DNA of 50,811 nucleotides, taken from contig NC_068983.1 of the NCBI RefSeq assembly GCF_001194135.2, positions 115,180,794-115,231,604 of the forward strand, given 5' to 3'. The stretch comes from Octopus bimaculoides (Eukaryota). The translations under genes were made by a program, and so were the position numbers. Shown one piece after another: positions 37,123-50,568 of this stretch (the stretch's first letter is position 1; each line of letters starts with the position of its first letter). Under the pieces are notes generated by a model. That model was not told the origin of the DNA. It was given only the letters and a program-made list of their open reading frames with translations, and did no database searches.

Positions 37123-37342
37123 GGAAGGGCGTAGCTTAGTGGTCAGAGTGTTGGACTCATGATCGTAAGATTGTGGTTTCGATTCCTAGTCCGGTTGACG
37201 TGTTGTGTCCTTGAGCAAAACAATTCGTTTCACGTTGTTCCACTCCACTCAGCTGACAAAATTTAATAATCTTGCAACAGGTGGGGAATATATATGCCGT
37301 GGAAACCAGGAAACCAGCCGAGTCAATATGACTCGAGAAGGA
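37123..37342 (+). mobile_element. tRNA-derived SINE
   Basis: A-box-like TAGCTTAGTGG and B-box-like GGTTTCGATTCC at tRNA spacing but no complete cloverleaf; tail gaaaccaggaaaccagcc resembles 15235-15426. Confidence 0.7.
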
Positions 37343-39124
37343 TGAAAAAAATTTAATGTAAAGGATTCGATTGTTTAGCGATAGTTAAAGCATCTAAGAC
37401 GAGATGAAAACTAATGTTTGATTGAAGAAAATAAATCTACTAAAATGGTGCACCTCTACTATTTCTGTCATGTTTGGTGGATGAGTAATACATATCCTCA
37501 TGGACAGGGCATTGGTATGCCGCAGATACCTTTCCGTGCTAGGAGAACTGAACCAAAGAAACTCAGCGAAATATTCGTTAAAACTTCAGTGTTGTTATTA
37601 CTTACAACAATGAATTTGCACTCAGTTGTACTTAAAAGCAGCACCAAAGTAATAAAGTAGCTAATGGAATGTCTTACGTAAAAGAACTTGAATTAACTGA
37701 AAATTCCCTCTCATTCGAGGACAGAAACCCAATGGTTACTGTCAGCGATTCTCACAGAAAAAAAGGGAGAGATAATTTCATGAAATTAAGGATTAATTTC
37801 GCAAAATTTCATCAAGAAGAAAATCGCATTTATGTTTTTCAAAAGACGGATTTGGACATGATTCAGTCGATTGATATGTCATGAGTATTGCATAGTTTAC
37901 TGAATCCTGCTTTAATCATTCTAAAATGTATTTTATATAGAGAAAATTTCAATTAATTTGGAATGTTTTGCATACGTCTTTCAATACATCACCACTTAAC
38001 AATACACCACTTGGGTTATTTCCCTTAGTTCATTTTATGGAGGTCTTGTTTTTACTAAAACGTTAATAAATTTGTGTTGGTCATTACGCATTGAATAGCA
38101 TTGTTTGTATGCCATCGCCGATGTTATATGAGAGACTTATATTCTCAGAGTATGGTTTTAAAAACGTCTTAAATCAAAGCTGAAACCATCTAGAACTCAG
38201 TAGATTCAGCAGATAAGCAGAGAATATATTGGTCAGAGAAACTGCAACATCTGCCACAGTACAAATATATCGGCTGATTGGTACCTTATTGACCTGAGAA
38301 AATGTCATTATTAAATAGAGGTAATGTTTCCTGTAAATGAATGATGCACATGTAACAATAATATATGATAACTTAATTGCTTACAGTAATATAAGAAATT
38401 AATCATGAACACTAAAACAAGTTAATTAACAATTAATCGAAATATTATATGAATTCATGTTGCTATTTTAAACTCTTTATTGTAAGATAAGTTACAGTGA
38501 TATATTGATAAAATCGGTAGAGCTCCGGACAAAATTATTTTCAGTATTTAGTTATATTTCTATAAGTTCTGCGATATCGACTTTTGTCACCCATCTTCCT
38601 GGGGTCATTAGATAAAGAAATCAGTAACATACTAATGTATTGTATTTTTATATGAACAATTCAGCTAATAATATGAAGATGACATGTGAGGTAAAATACT
38701 TTTTTTCGTATTTTGTTGTCATTGATGAATATTTATAAGTGCCAACTTTGATTTGATTCTCTCCCTTGTTTGAGAATGAAAATTTTAGCTGCTGTCAAAG
38801 AAATTGCAGCTTTACGATGGATGATATGATTGCGTGTCAGAATGACGTTTATTTTTTGTTTGTTGGTTTAATGCTAAATTGGAATCCCATTTGACCCTTT
38901 ATGTACAAAGTTAATCTTTACTTTATTCAATCTGAAACTAAATTTGAATCCTGTGAGGGGGCGAAAAATTCTGATGGAGTATCGAATAAACTAGATCAAT
39001 AATGAACATATACGGAAATTTTTGTTTAAGATTTTCAAATACGAATTTAATACTAATTCTGACTCAGATTTTGATAGCTGACATATCATGACATTTTTTA
39101 GTATACAAATTAAGATCAACTCCG

Positions 39125-39186
39125 TTTTTACTACATCTCAGGACTGCCAAGTATATTTTTACTACATTTCAGGACTGCCAAGTATA
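39125..39186. repeat. 31-bp direct tandem duplication
   Basis: tttttactacat(c/t)tcaggactgccaagtata x2, one mismatch. Confidence 0.95.
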
Positions 39187-39599
39187 TTAGTATAAGTAAA
39201 ATTTAAGGGTTCTATTAGTTCGTAAATCGTTAGGAAAGTAGTTTACGACGATTCAGATAATCAGAAAAAGTTCTTTTAGGATAAAGGGAAAGTAAAAAAG
39301 GTCTTCATCAACTTTTGTCTATGAGGATTTAGATACAGAGGAGAATAATAGGAAAGAACAAAGGGAGTGGGTAGTTGCGCATATGTAAGAAAGATGTGAT
39401 CAGAGAGAAAGAAATAGAGAATTTGAGGATGGATAGGCTGGTGAGACAATAGAAATGATAAAGAAGGGAGAGTTAGAACCGGAAGGAATGACCAGTTTAA
39501 GGCTGAGTGGGATGCTTTTTAACCAGGCCAGTGACCGCAAAGAGAAGCTGGTAAACAGCAGTATTCACCTTCGAACACATATATAGATAGTAAGAGTTC

Positions 39600-39615
39600 A
39601 GACACACATACACGC

Positions 39616-39680
<65 letters not shown>

Positions 39681-39928
39681 CATGCGCATACAATTTAGCG
39701 CGCGCATGCACACATGCACACACGCACACGCATATATTTATATATATATTGAAAGGGGTCACGCATGCACAAAACAATGGAAATTGTACTACCAGCTCAC
39801 TTGTTTGCATTTACATACGCTCATACACACAATACCTTTTTTTAAACTTTATTCTTACGAGCGAGAATTGTATGCTCTTGGTAGATTATTTCACGATCTC
39901 TTCAAGTTTCTAAATTATTATAACTTCA

Positions 39929-39979
<51 letters not shown>
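39600..39979. repeat. Two (CA)n microsatellites (39600-39675 and 39930-39979)
   Basis: Directly visible. Confidence 0.9.
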
Positions 39980-39982
<3 letters not shown>

Positions 39983-40310
39983 TACATGCATACATATACA
40001 TATATATTTATATATGTATGTATGATATATGTACAAACGTGTGTGTTTTTGCATGCTATTCTTTAAAGCTCTGTGATGTGCTTCGAGAACCATTATTTAA
40101 AATATATATATGATACCATGCGACGACAGAGCACCCAGCTCCCTATAAGTAATAATTTCTTTAGCTTCGCACATCGTAAAGGTTACTCAGTTCTCTTTTG
40201 TGTGACCGCTTGTACAGTTTGTTTAGAACCATATCTACCGGTAATTTCACATCAAATTTATGATGGTGGTCTCGCGTAGTCCAAGAAAGACGCTTCTACA
40301 ATTTCTTGCT

Positions 40311-40374
40311 GAACACGCTGCATAAATGACTTGTTTATAGATCATCATAAACAAGTCATTTATGCAGTGTGTTC
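40311..40374. repeat. Near-perfect inverted repeat: 28-bp arms, 8-nt loop
   Basis: gaacacgctgcataaatgacttgtttat-agatcatc-ataaacaagtcatttatgcagtgtgttc, 27/28 Watson-Crick; the single mismatch is G:U-compatible on the + strand. Confidence 0.95.
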
Positions 40375-41070
40375 CCTGTAATTGCTGGTAAGGTGAAAAA
40401 ATTGAGCCATTGATAAATAATCGTCGCTCCAGTTCACTCAGCTGTTGAAATGAGTTGCGATATCACTGGTGCCAAACTCTATCGGCCTTTACTTTTCCCT
40501 TGGATAACATCGGTGGCGTAGAGAGGGGAGGCTGTTATGCTGGTCTTCCATAAACAAACTTGCCTGGACTTGTACCTCGGAGAGTAACTTTCTAGGTGCA
40601 ATCCCATAGTCATTCAGGACCGAAGGGGGTCTTTACCCTATAAATATATATAAACACGCGCGCGCGCACATGCAAATGTGTGTCTGTGTGTGTGTGTGTC
40701 TGTGCGTGAGTGTGCGTGTGTATTTGTTTTTAGATCGCGTGATATTTGTAAATGTATGACACCATCATTCAAGTGGTGTCATTAGTTTCCAAACTTCTGT
40801 GAATAGTTATTTTTAAAAAATGAGAATTGGCAACAGGAAAGGTATCTGGCTCGTAGAAAATTTACCTCAGCGAATTCCTCCAGGCCCTCGTAAAATTGGA
40901 AAAATTAAAGTTAAAACAATGATGATATATTCAATATTTTGACTCTTCTAAATCTAATTCTAACGTTGAAGCCACAGCACTACAAATGACGATGAAGGAA
41001 TATTTGTTTAATCTGCTTGTGCATTTCCCCAGGGCGTAATGACTGCAAGTGTAGGTCATATGGCTATGGC

Positions 41071-41111
41071 CTGAGATTGAAACCCAGCTAGAAGCTGGGT
41101 TTCAATCTCAG
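41071..41111. repeat. Perfect inverted repeat: 19-bp arms, 3-nt loop
   Basis: ctgagattgaaacccagct-aga-agctgggtttcaatctcag. Confidence 0.97.
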
Positions 41112-42394
41112 TACGCTAGAAGCTTATTTTTACCTTAAAGCCTACACCTATAACATCATACATAAAAAACAATTACAAACTGGCTTGTATTTCGAAATTG
41201 TATTTGACATATAATGAGTGATGAAGTTAATACTTTGGGAGTGGTTTCCTTTTCATAATACACTTCATTTATTCCTTTTGCACAGAAAGATATTTCATTA
41301 AAATACACCACCAAGTACTTAAATAGTGATTGGTTCTTTAATTGCCTCTAGAAACGTTAGGAGATAAAATGCATCAATTTAGCTGTTTTTCAGTCATTCG
41401 AATATCATTAGGTCTTTTTTTTTTTTTTTTTTTTTTTTGTAAAATAAAAATAAAATACCTGAAAGCCAAGTGCAGAGTCAATTAGAAAATTGAATTATCT
41501 GAAAATATTAGCTGGTATGGGGGAAATATTCTCGAAAAATAATACAATTATGAATTTAGAGTAAACATTTCTCTAAGCGTATAATTTTAATTACTGTTAG
41601 TAATAAAAAATGATTACGTGGTGAGCTAATTCCACAATGTAATTTAAAATTATGGTTGAAGACTTTACATTAATTTTGCTAATACTCTTGAGAAAGACAT
41701 GAATGTCACACACTCTCATTTCTCTCTTCAATAACTATTATAATTCAGTGGATCTACACATGCGTATGAAATCAATATTATAATAGTTAAGAGGGTGAAA
41801 TGGTGTTAAATTCTTAGAGCATCAAAAAAGTAAAGGTACGATAAAAAAAAAGTGATAAAAAATTAAAAGTACTAATAGTTAGTGACAAATATTTTTTCAT
41901 CAATAAGTAAAGAGGATAATTCGAAATGTTTTACTCGTATTTGAAATTGTTAGCTGAATTGCAATCACACATATTTCAAAGAGCTAGCTCTTGAATCACT
42001 AAGTAAATATACTAAATTATGAATTTGTTGACAAAGAGAAAGTTAATTGTTTAAAGGTTAAATAACTGTTAAGCGCCATCTACATGAGAAATAGTCGCAA
42101 AAGAGATTAAATGTTTAGTCAATACTTGGAATATGATAAAAGAGTGAAGTGCGGTTGAGTGGCAGGGTGGTATATTCGTTTGCACGTTGGATAAAATACC
42201 CTACGCTATTTCTTCCGGCACGTTCTGAGTTCAAACCCTGCTGCGGTCAACTTTACCTTTCATCCCCCCACCCCCGGGAATATAAGATAAACTACCTTTT
42301 AAGTTATAGGATAAATTTAATCGTCTAAATCCCTGCACTCAAAATTAATAACCTTCTTCCTAAAGTCAGAAATTAATATTAATAAAAGGATTAA

Positions 42395-42580
42395 GGCGGC
42401 GAGGTAGCAGAATCGTTACCGCGCTGGACTAAATACTTAGTGGTATTTCGTCCGTCTTTGCGTTCTGAGAGCAGATTCTGCCGAGGTTGACTTTGCCTTT
42501 CGTTTCGGAGTCACTGGGAATGATGTAATCAACTACCCACCCCCGAAATTACTGGCCTTGTGCCAAAATTTGAAACCAAT
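42395..42580 (+). mobile_element. SINE family B
   Basis: ggcggcgaggtagcagaatcgtt...gccgaggttgactttgccttt...ggccttgtgccaaaatttgaaacc. Confidence 0.8.
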
Positions 42581-42770
42581 ATTAATAAAGGTTAGTTGAG
42601 CCCCCGGTATTTGATTTCATTTCTCGTTTATACCTGTTTAGTATAATATTTCAATTGACTTAATCATTGGACAACAGCAATGTAGGGGTACCATCTTCTA
42701 AAGAACTTTATTTATCGATATGTATTTGTCCCCAAGTTACGAAAGAGACACGGCATAAAAAAAGGTCAGC

Positions 42771-42798
42771 CCCTAACCCTAACCCTAACCGTAACCCT
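42771..42798. repeat. Short interstitial telomere-type repeat (CCCTAA)3 CCGTAA CCCT
   Basis: Directly visible; equals (TTAGGG)n on the minus strand. Confidence 0.85.
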
Positions 42799-45699
42799 TT
42801 TACTGAAATAAACAGTTACACAAAGACCAACATGCATACACATGTGCTTATGCACAGTTTACGTCTACCAAATTTATATTGCTCATCAATGCGATAGTAG
42901 AATGCACTTGCCAAGGTGCTGCCCAGTGATATGATCGACGTGGGAAAAATATAGTCGGGAACAAACTTCTTAACCACATAGCCAAGCCTGCACTTATCAT
43001 TATCCATAGCATAGAAATGAGTTTACTGAATACTTCTTCCATGCTCAATGTTCCATTGTGATCGATCAGAATATTATCCACATTTAGACGTTTCAGTAAG
43101 TTAAATACTTTAGAATGCATAATCAATATTAATCTCCCTTAGGACTAAGGCTGTCAATTGATGTAAACAATATGACTTAATAGGATAGATAATTTCAAGA
43201 CCAACGGGGGAGACAAATTTCTTTGATTTCTGTCGTATTTAGTCAGATATAACTAAATACACATACAATCCAAACTTTACTCCCACGCTACATCTCCACA
43301 CCACACTGCTATTCTACCCAAGCACTACTGCTCTCCTCAAAGTATAGCTCTCCTCTTGCCATTAAGTATTCTATAATAATGTCAATCTAACTCACTTATG
43401 TTTATGTTATCGTAATGTAATTAAAACTACGTAGTTCCGACGCAAAGATAGTAAAATCAAATATTTACACTGAAATGAAAATATTTGCTGTGAAAATTAC
43501 AGATGTCACTGCGAGCCAGTGAAAAATCTTCTACTCATCCATCGATTTGATAGATAAAGAGCCAAACCTCTATTGTCTTAAAACAGGATGCATTCATTAA
43601 GTAATTAGGCATTAGCTAATGTAATGGCAAGTTTTATTTTTTAAGACAGTTGTGTGTGCCATAAACAAAATTTAGCTATTGCTTCTAATCAGTCGGACAT
43701 CCCTTTCTTCTTGGTTTGTGTGGCTATTGTTTTCGTTTTTTGGCACGGGGGTCAGTTTTACTGGGCAGATCTTTGACCAGAGGTGTTCCGGTCATGATCA
43801 GCACATCTTTTATATAACTAGAACTCGGCTATCCAACGTATCTTTCTATTCACAAGAGGGTTGGTATTGTTTGAAGGAGATTTGGCTGCTATCTTTTTCC
43901 TACCAGTCAAGTCATACACGTACATTGCATTAAGCACAGACAACGAAAATAGAATTGGTTGAAAGATAAATATGCAGAATGATAAATTGATCGAAGACAT
44001 GTCAGTCAGTCAAATTAATCGAAAGTCATATTCATCGAAGAATATTTTTTAAAAAAAAAGAAAGAAAGAAAGAAAAAATAAGAAAAAATTGTACTAACTT
44101 TTATTAACCAAAGTATCTTAATTTTAAAATGAGCATAGCAAATCATAAAATAAAATTTTAAAGTCATTAGTAAGGTGAGAGAAGATAATTGAAAACTGTC
44201 TATGATGTTCTTTATATACACACATACATGTGTGTATGCGGCAGGAATTTGGATAAGAGAAAACAGAGAAAGGTATATTAAGTATCATGTGGGATAAATT
44301 TTAGACTTATTGAATCAATATTTGCTTCGAAAAAAGGTGAGTAAACTCCTAGCAGTAATTGAGAAGGCGAGATAATTTCAATGTATTAACTGTTCTTCAG
44401 AATAATCATGCAAGTCTAGTTTTTTTTTTTAAGACAAGTTACGTGTTTCTGCTTCAACTAACGTCATCAGCTCAGCAATTAATCGATTTTGATTCCAGCC
44501 GCACATGTGGGTCAGAGAAATACAAAAAATAGTAAAGAACATCTATCGACTTGCGTAATTTGCACAAGACGAAAATGAGCTAACATAAGTAATCCAGAAC
44601 TGTTAGTAGCCTGAATATGTGAATATGAATGATGCAGAAAGATATACTGGAAGCAGACTTTACACGCGCGAGCGCGCACACACACATACACACATGAATA
44701 TACATTGTAAGCGCAATAGATCTATGTTCGTTATGCAATCACGACGTGCTGGATTCGATCGCACTGTGTGGCAGCTTGGGCAATTACTATTTCCCTAGCC
44801 TCAGGTTGACCGATACCTTGTGAGTGACATTGGGGAAACAGAAACTGTAAAGAAGCACATCAGGTGGGTTGATCAAAATCGTAAGTCATATTCTTCGAAA
44901 AGTATAGAAAAACAGTAGTGGAATGTCTTTGAGGAAAGATGCGCTTGATCAGAGATGACATGGGTTGAAATGAGACTATTATCAAGCACATATATAATTT
45001 ATCAGTGATTTTCATCAATTTCTTTAAAAATATTTCGATGAATATTCTGCTTTTTCTTTCGACTTATGTATTATAGAATAATTTGCCTTTCGACCAATAT
45101 GCTTTACACACACACACACAAACACACACACATACACACACGGGTTGGAAAAATAATGGAAACGCCACTTCTATTTAATAATATTTTTCTATTGGTAATA
45201 TGTGGAAGTCAAAACTGTTCTAGTCTGTATATATGCTTTAAATGCATTGTGTTTGCCTTGTACTTCATGAAGTAGCCTTCTTTTTTTTTTTAAGGTATTT
45301 ATATTTAAATAAGTTGAATGAGTGTACAGTATTTAATCGACAATGGTACTTGATTCTTATTTATTGTCGCACAAAATGTAAAACGAAAGGCAAAGTTTAT
45401 ATCGGCGATATTTGGACTCAGATACGTAAATGATGTAATTAAACACTTCCTGGTATAGGACAGTTTGTTCAGTGTTCCACCGTGATGAGGGTAATGAAGG
45501 TGATAGAGCAAATTGATGATGTGGAGCAGGAGGAAGAAAAGAGGAATTTCTTTCATTCACATAGCTCTACATATTTTCGGAGAAGGAATGCTGAATGATT
45601 TGATTGCTTCCAAACAATTACTGGTATTTATTTTATCGATAAAAGAAAACCAAAAGACGGGAGTAAAGATGTGACAATAGTAATTTTATTGAAAACGGC

Positions 45700-45747
<48 letters not shown>

Positions 45748-45910
45748 GAAAGGCGGACGAGATGGCAGACAAGGAGGAGGAAAGGAGAAGAGTAGCAGGA
45801 GGACGAGAATAATGATGATCATCATCATCGTTTTCATCATCATCACATCCTCATTATGATCACCATCATAGTCATCATCGTCATTATTTTTATCATCACT
45901 ATCATCACCA
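45700..45910. repeat. (GAT)n tract (45700-45745) and degenerate (CAT)n tract (45818-45910)
   Basis: Directly visible; the two tracts are reverse complements. Confidence 0.9.
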
Positions 45911-48002
45911 TTGCATTCGTAATAAGATTATCATCATGCCCATAATTATTAGCATCAGCAGTAGTACTTTGATGTTTTGCATTCAGTTGTTAATAGAAAA
46001 AAATAATAATTCTAAAATGTTTGATATTCAATTATAATATTTATTCACAACACTTGCTAATGAAACTTCCGCACGACATTCAATCAACATTGTGATCTGT
46101 TGAAAAGCAGTTTCCTTAAAACTAAAAGCTTGTAGTAAAACAGCAAGATGTGTTGATTTTTATCAATGATATCTCATATACTGAAGTGGTAGTTTGTAAC
46201 AGTACATTGTTAAGTCGATAAACCATTTGGTTCCAGTTCACAGAAACTAATTCACTAATATTCTCTGGAAAGATACATATGGCTGTTGCAGTAATATTTT
46301 CTCCTACTCAACATAATATATTAGTCCTTTGCGTGTAGTCAGATACTGATATCACAAATGAAGTATGGCTTCATTTCTGTAAAGTTATCGGAGCTGTGCA
46401 GTGAATCCTCAATTATTACAATAATTTATCGTTTAATGTAAATTGATTCCGTATACAAACAAATTTAAATCAATGATATTCCATTTGCAAATAAATCCAA
46501 TTTCACGATATCTCATAATCAACGACGTCTAAACTAATCAAATTCCATTCCTCTGATCAGAATATATATATATATATATCAAATTACAACAAAAAGAGTA
46601 TACTTAACTATTTTAATTCGTATAACCATATTCCCTTGTTATAAAACCACTGCATTAATCATTTCAGTGAAGTCAATGACTACAAGCTGAAGCTAATACA
46701 TTGCAAATTACATCTAGCTATTACTCATGTTATTATGGTTGATAACTGCAGTTGACACGTCCTGCTTCGAATGTCTACACTTTTCATAGGAAAATTATGT
46801 TTTCAATCTAGGCCGCATGACTGCAACTGTGTGGAAGGACTTAGGAAACTAAGAGTTACTATAAAGTTGATTAAAGCACAAGGAAAATATTAAGACCAGT
46901 TTTTGGTGATAAATATCTCTCAATATGGTTATATTTGAAAGCCTGAGTTGACCCATATCACTTATTTTGTTGACTCTGGTGAGATGGAAGGCACAATCGA
47001 TATTAAAAGAAATAGAAAAACATCCCACATTCCACCATTTCTCCTCCATATTAACAATGTTTCCTGAAACAGGCAAAGGATGGTCACAGCTTTTTTTGTA
47101 GGGTGAGGAATCAATAAAATTGACCTCAGTACTAGATATTTAATAAAAAATATCAAACGAATTTTTTACAAATCACAGTCTAATGCCTTAAAGAAGGTGG
47201 GACACATTCGGTCATCTAGTGAACTATCTTAAAGGAAAAATAAAATGAAATACATTTCATCTCGCATAAAACGCCTTTTGATCATAGGCCTGCTCAATAA
47301 GTGAAGCTATCTAGAATTAAACAACAATGTCAGAAGGATGACTAAGCAAAGTTAATGTGTGCTGAATTTGAACTCAGTGCGTAAAGGGTCGCAAGCATTG
47401 CATTTCGTTCGATGCTCTTCCAGTTCTGCCATCCACTTCATTCTTCCCAAATTTGTGACTGTGGGACAATGTTTCTAACACTGTCACAAGGTCACAAATT
47501 TGGTAAAAAAAAAAACACAGTAGGTAATTAAATCGATACTAGTATTTGACTGGTACTTCATTGGGATGAAAAGCGAAGATGACCTTGGCAAAATTTGAAC
47601 ACAGAATTTAAAGAGTTGGAAAAAACACCGCATAGCCTTTTGTCTGATACTCTATTAATCCTGCCAATCCACTACCCTTTTGCCGTATTGCTGGTAAGAG
47701 TAATGCGGCAAAAAGGACAATAGATTTGGGAGGGTAACCTGCAAAGGCTGAAAACCACATCTTTTAGTGGCACGGTATAATCGATTACGTGATAAGAAGT
47801 TATTTTAGCAAGTCAGGTAATAGAAAAGGCAAAGTTGATCTCGCTAGGATTATAATCATTGCTTCTAATTTAGGCACAAGGCCAGTAGTTTCGTGGGTAC
47901 AGAGCTAGTCTATTACATTGCTTCAAGTATTTGATGCTATCTTATTTTACCGAATATCGCACTCCAAGAACAAAAAAGTAATAAAGCCAAATAAATTACT
48001 CA

Positions 48003-48358
48003 GGCGCAGGTATAGCTGCCACATAGTTTTAGGTTCAGTTTCACTGCGCGGCACTTTGGGCAATGCCTTCTACGATAGCCACGATCCGACCAATGCCTTT
48101 TGAGTGGATTCGGTAGTCGGAAACTATATGAAAGCACATTTTACATGTGTCTATATATGTCTTTTGCTTTTGTATTTGCCCTACTCAACACTTGACAACC
48201 GGTGGTAGTTATTTACGTTTCTGTAACCCAACGATTCGGTAAAAAAAAAAAGCAAGTTAATATGTACCAGACTTTTAAAGTAAGTTCTAAGGTCGATTTG
48301 TACGACCAAACCCATCATGCAGCGCTCTAGCATGGCTACAGTCCAGCAACAGAAAAAT
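48003..48358 (+). mobile_element. Degenerate full-length SINE family A
   Basis: Head ggcgcagg...ggttcagtttcactgcgcggcactttggg...gtggattcggtagtcggaaact; tail cttgacaaccggtggt...gcatggctacagtc, collinear with the reverse complement of 12590-13012. Confidence 0.7.
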
Positions 48359-48852
48359 AATAATTTTTTAAAAAATAGATACAGTTATAGATGACCCATA
48401 TTCGAGGCGGTTCTCTAGAAGAGCTACGGTTGCACGAAACTAATAAACTATATAAGTTATTGGACACTTCTACAATCTTTCATTAATCAATACTTCAAAC
48501 TCTATCAAAGCTTGATAAAGAACAATATATTTAGTACCATTAGTCTCATTAATGACAATAGCAGTTAGGAAATTATTGATTTCTACTATTGGTATAATAG
48601 TTGTGGCTAGAGATTTCTGTACTGTTAATTAAAATAACTGATGGACTTGACTGCTATTCTCTTTAACTTATAAGACTATGTTCTTCTAATTTTGTGTTTA
48701 CTTCAGTAGTTCCAAGATACAATGGGTTATATACCTCACATGTCAATCGTACTGGTACAATGTCAGTACAATTAACATATTAAACTACTAACTATAAGGA
48801 CAAATTTCATATGCTTCTCCACATTACTATTGAACATACTACATTATTTTAC

Positions 48853-49407
48853 GCAGCGAGCTAGCAGAATCATTAGCACGCCAGACGAAATGCTTAATGG
48901 CGTTTCATCCGTCTTTACATTCTGAATTCAAATTCCACGGAGGTCAACTTGACCTTTCATCCTTTCGAAGTCGATGAAATAAGTATCAGCTGAGCACTTG
49001 GGTCGATGCCTCCTCGGCCAAAATTTCAAACCTTGTGCCTATTGCCTATTGTAGAAAAGATTGTTTTACGAACGGAGAATGGTAGAATTGTTAGCAATGC
49101 GGACAAAATGCTTAGTGGCATTTATTCCGGCATTACAGTATGAGTTCAAATGTCACCAAGGTTGACTTTGCCTTTTATCTTTCTAGAATCGATAAAACAT
49201 GTACTAGTTGAATACTGAAGTTGTGTAATAGACTTACATCCTCCCACAAAATTGCTGGTTTGTGCCAAAATTTGAAACCAATATTTTGAGTTCAAATTTT
49301 GCCGAGGACAACTCTTTAAGACGGAAAAATTTGAACTCAGAACGTACAGACGTACGAAATACTGCGAAGCATTTTGCTAAGCGCAGAAACGATTCCGTCA
49401 GATCGCC
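48853..49407. mobile_element. Cluster of SINE family B copies: two + copies (about 48853-49045, 49073-49283), a + fragment (49285-49310) and a minus fragment (49322-49407)
   Basis: Repeated (g)agttcaaatt..cc.aggt.aactt.cctttt.atc core in each + copy, and its reverse complement at 49322. Confidence 0.8.
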
Positions 49408-50568
49408 TCCTTAACTTAGACTCGAAGTATTACAAGACTATTTCATCCGTGTTCCACATCATTATTCAGATCAGATTATGTGAAAACTATATAATATTTA
49501 AATGTTTAAATAATGCTGACTTCCAAATAACTGCAATGGGGAAACGTACGAAAGAACAAAAATTATTTATACTGAGGTTTATCTTTAAGAAACTACTACC
49601 TTTTGCTACAAGTGTAGAATATTTACTTCCGGATGGAACACATTACGAAACTACTCATTGTGTGCAAGGAAAAATATACTAAAATGTTGCTCATTTTGTT
49701 TGTAATATGAGAAGATATGCATGTATAATAACCTTGATTCTTCTCTCTTTTGTTTGAGTTTGGAGAATGTTTCATTTGATTAGGTTTTTATAACTAGTAG
49801 AACGGTTTCTGTTGAAGAATGATAATAGATATATAGATATATAGATAGATAGATAAATGAAAGTTAGATTTTCTAAAACAGCACAAGAAAGATGTTCCCA
49901 CGATAACAAAATAGGCTATATTCATAATTCTATTTCCGTGAGTATTAGGGTATATCAATATTTTTTTTAAATAGAAACGCAAAGTTCAGTCAAGCATTTC
50001 GCATAATGCATTGGTTTGTAGAATGTAAACGATAATCGAACTTGTATTGAATAAATATACATAAATTTACATATTATTTGAATGCACACGATATTATTCT
50101 AATTTGAAGATACTAGTCTCCACATCGGCCTTTCATTTTTGTTTAATATTCTATTTCTGTCTGTAGTGAACACCATAGAATAGAAGCAATATCTGAACAG
50201 AGTCCATAATCCGGGTTTTGATATCTAGTTCAAACTTTCACTTCACTTCGTATTTATAAACAACGTTTCCCTTTATATCTAAAATCAAGCATACAGAAAA
50301 TAGTTATTTACAGCGCGTTAGTACACAAATAGTAGTACTTATGGAACTATTTGTAGATCCGTAAAGCGTGCTTTTGCTGATTGCAACAACAAATAAGACC
50401 ATTTCATGTCTGAACTATTTATTAGATAAAGATAAAATTATGCCTAGAGAGTCATATATAAACATAGCAACATCCATATGTACGTGCATGTATGTATATA
50501 GGTATATCTATCTATCTACATCTACATATCTATCTATCTATATCGCTATATATACACACATACACACA

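Noticed and set aside
37127-37200. tRNA-like sequence with A and B boxes
   Set aside because: Anticodon and acceptor stems do not pair and it continues into a SINE body, so it is not a tRNA gene.
44440-44475. Minus-strand CTGATGA...GAAAC...GTC resembling a minimal hammerhead ribozyme core
   Set aside because: Stems I-III pair over only 2-3 bp and the conserved G10.1-C11.1 pair is missing.
46849-47080. Strong minus-strand acceptor (cctttgcctgtttcag|47063) with two open frames
   Set aside because: No good donor, no linked exon, no recognisable product.
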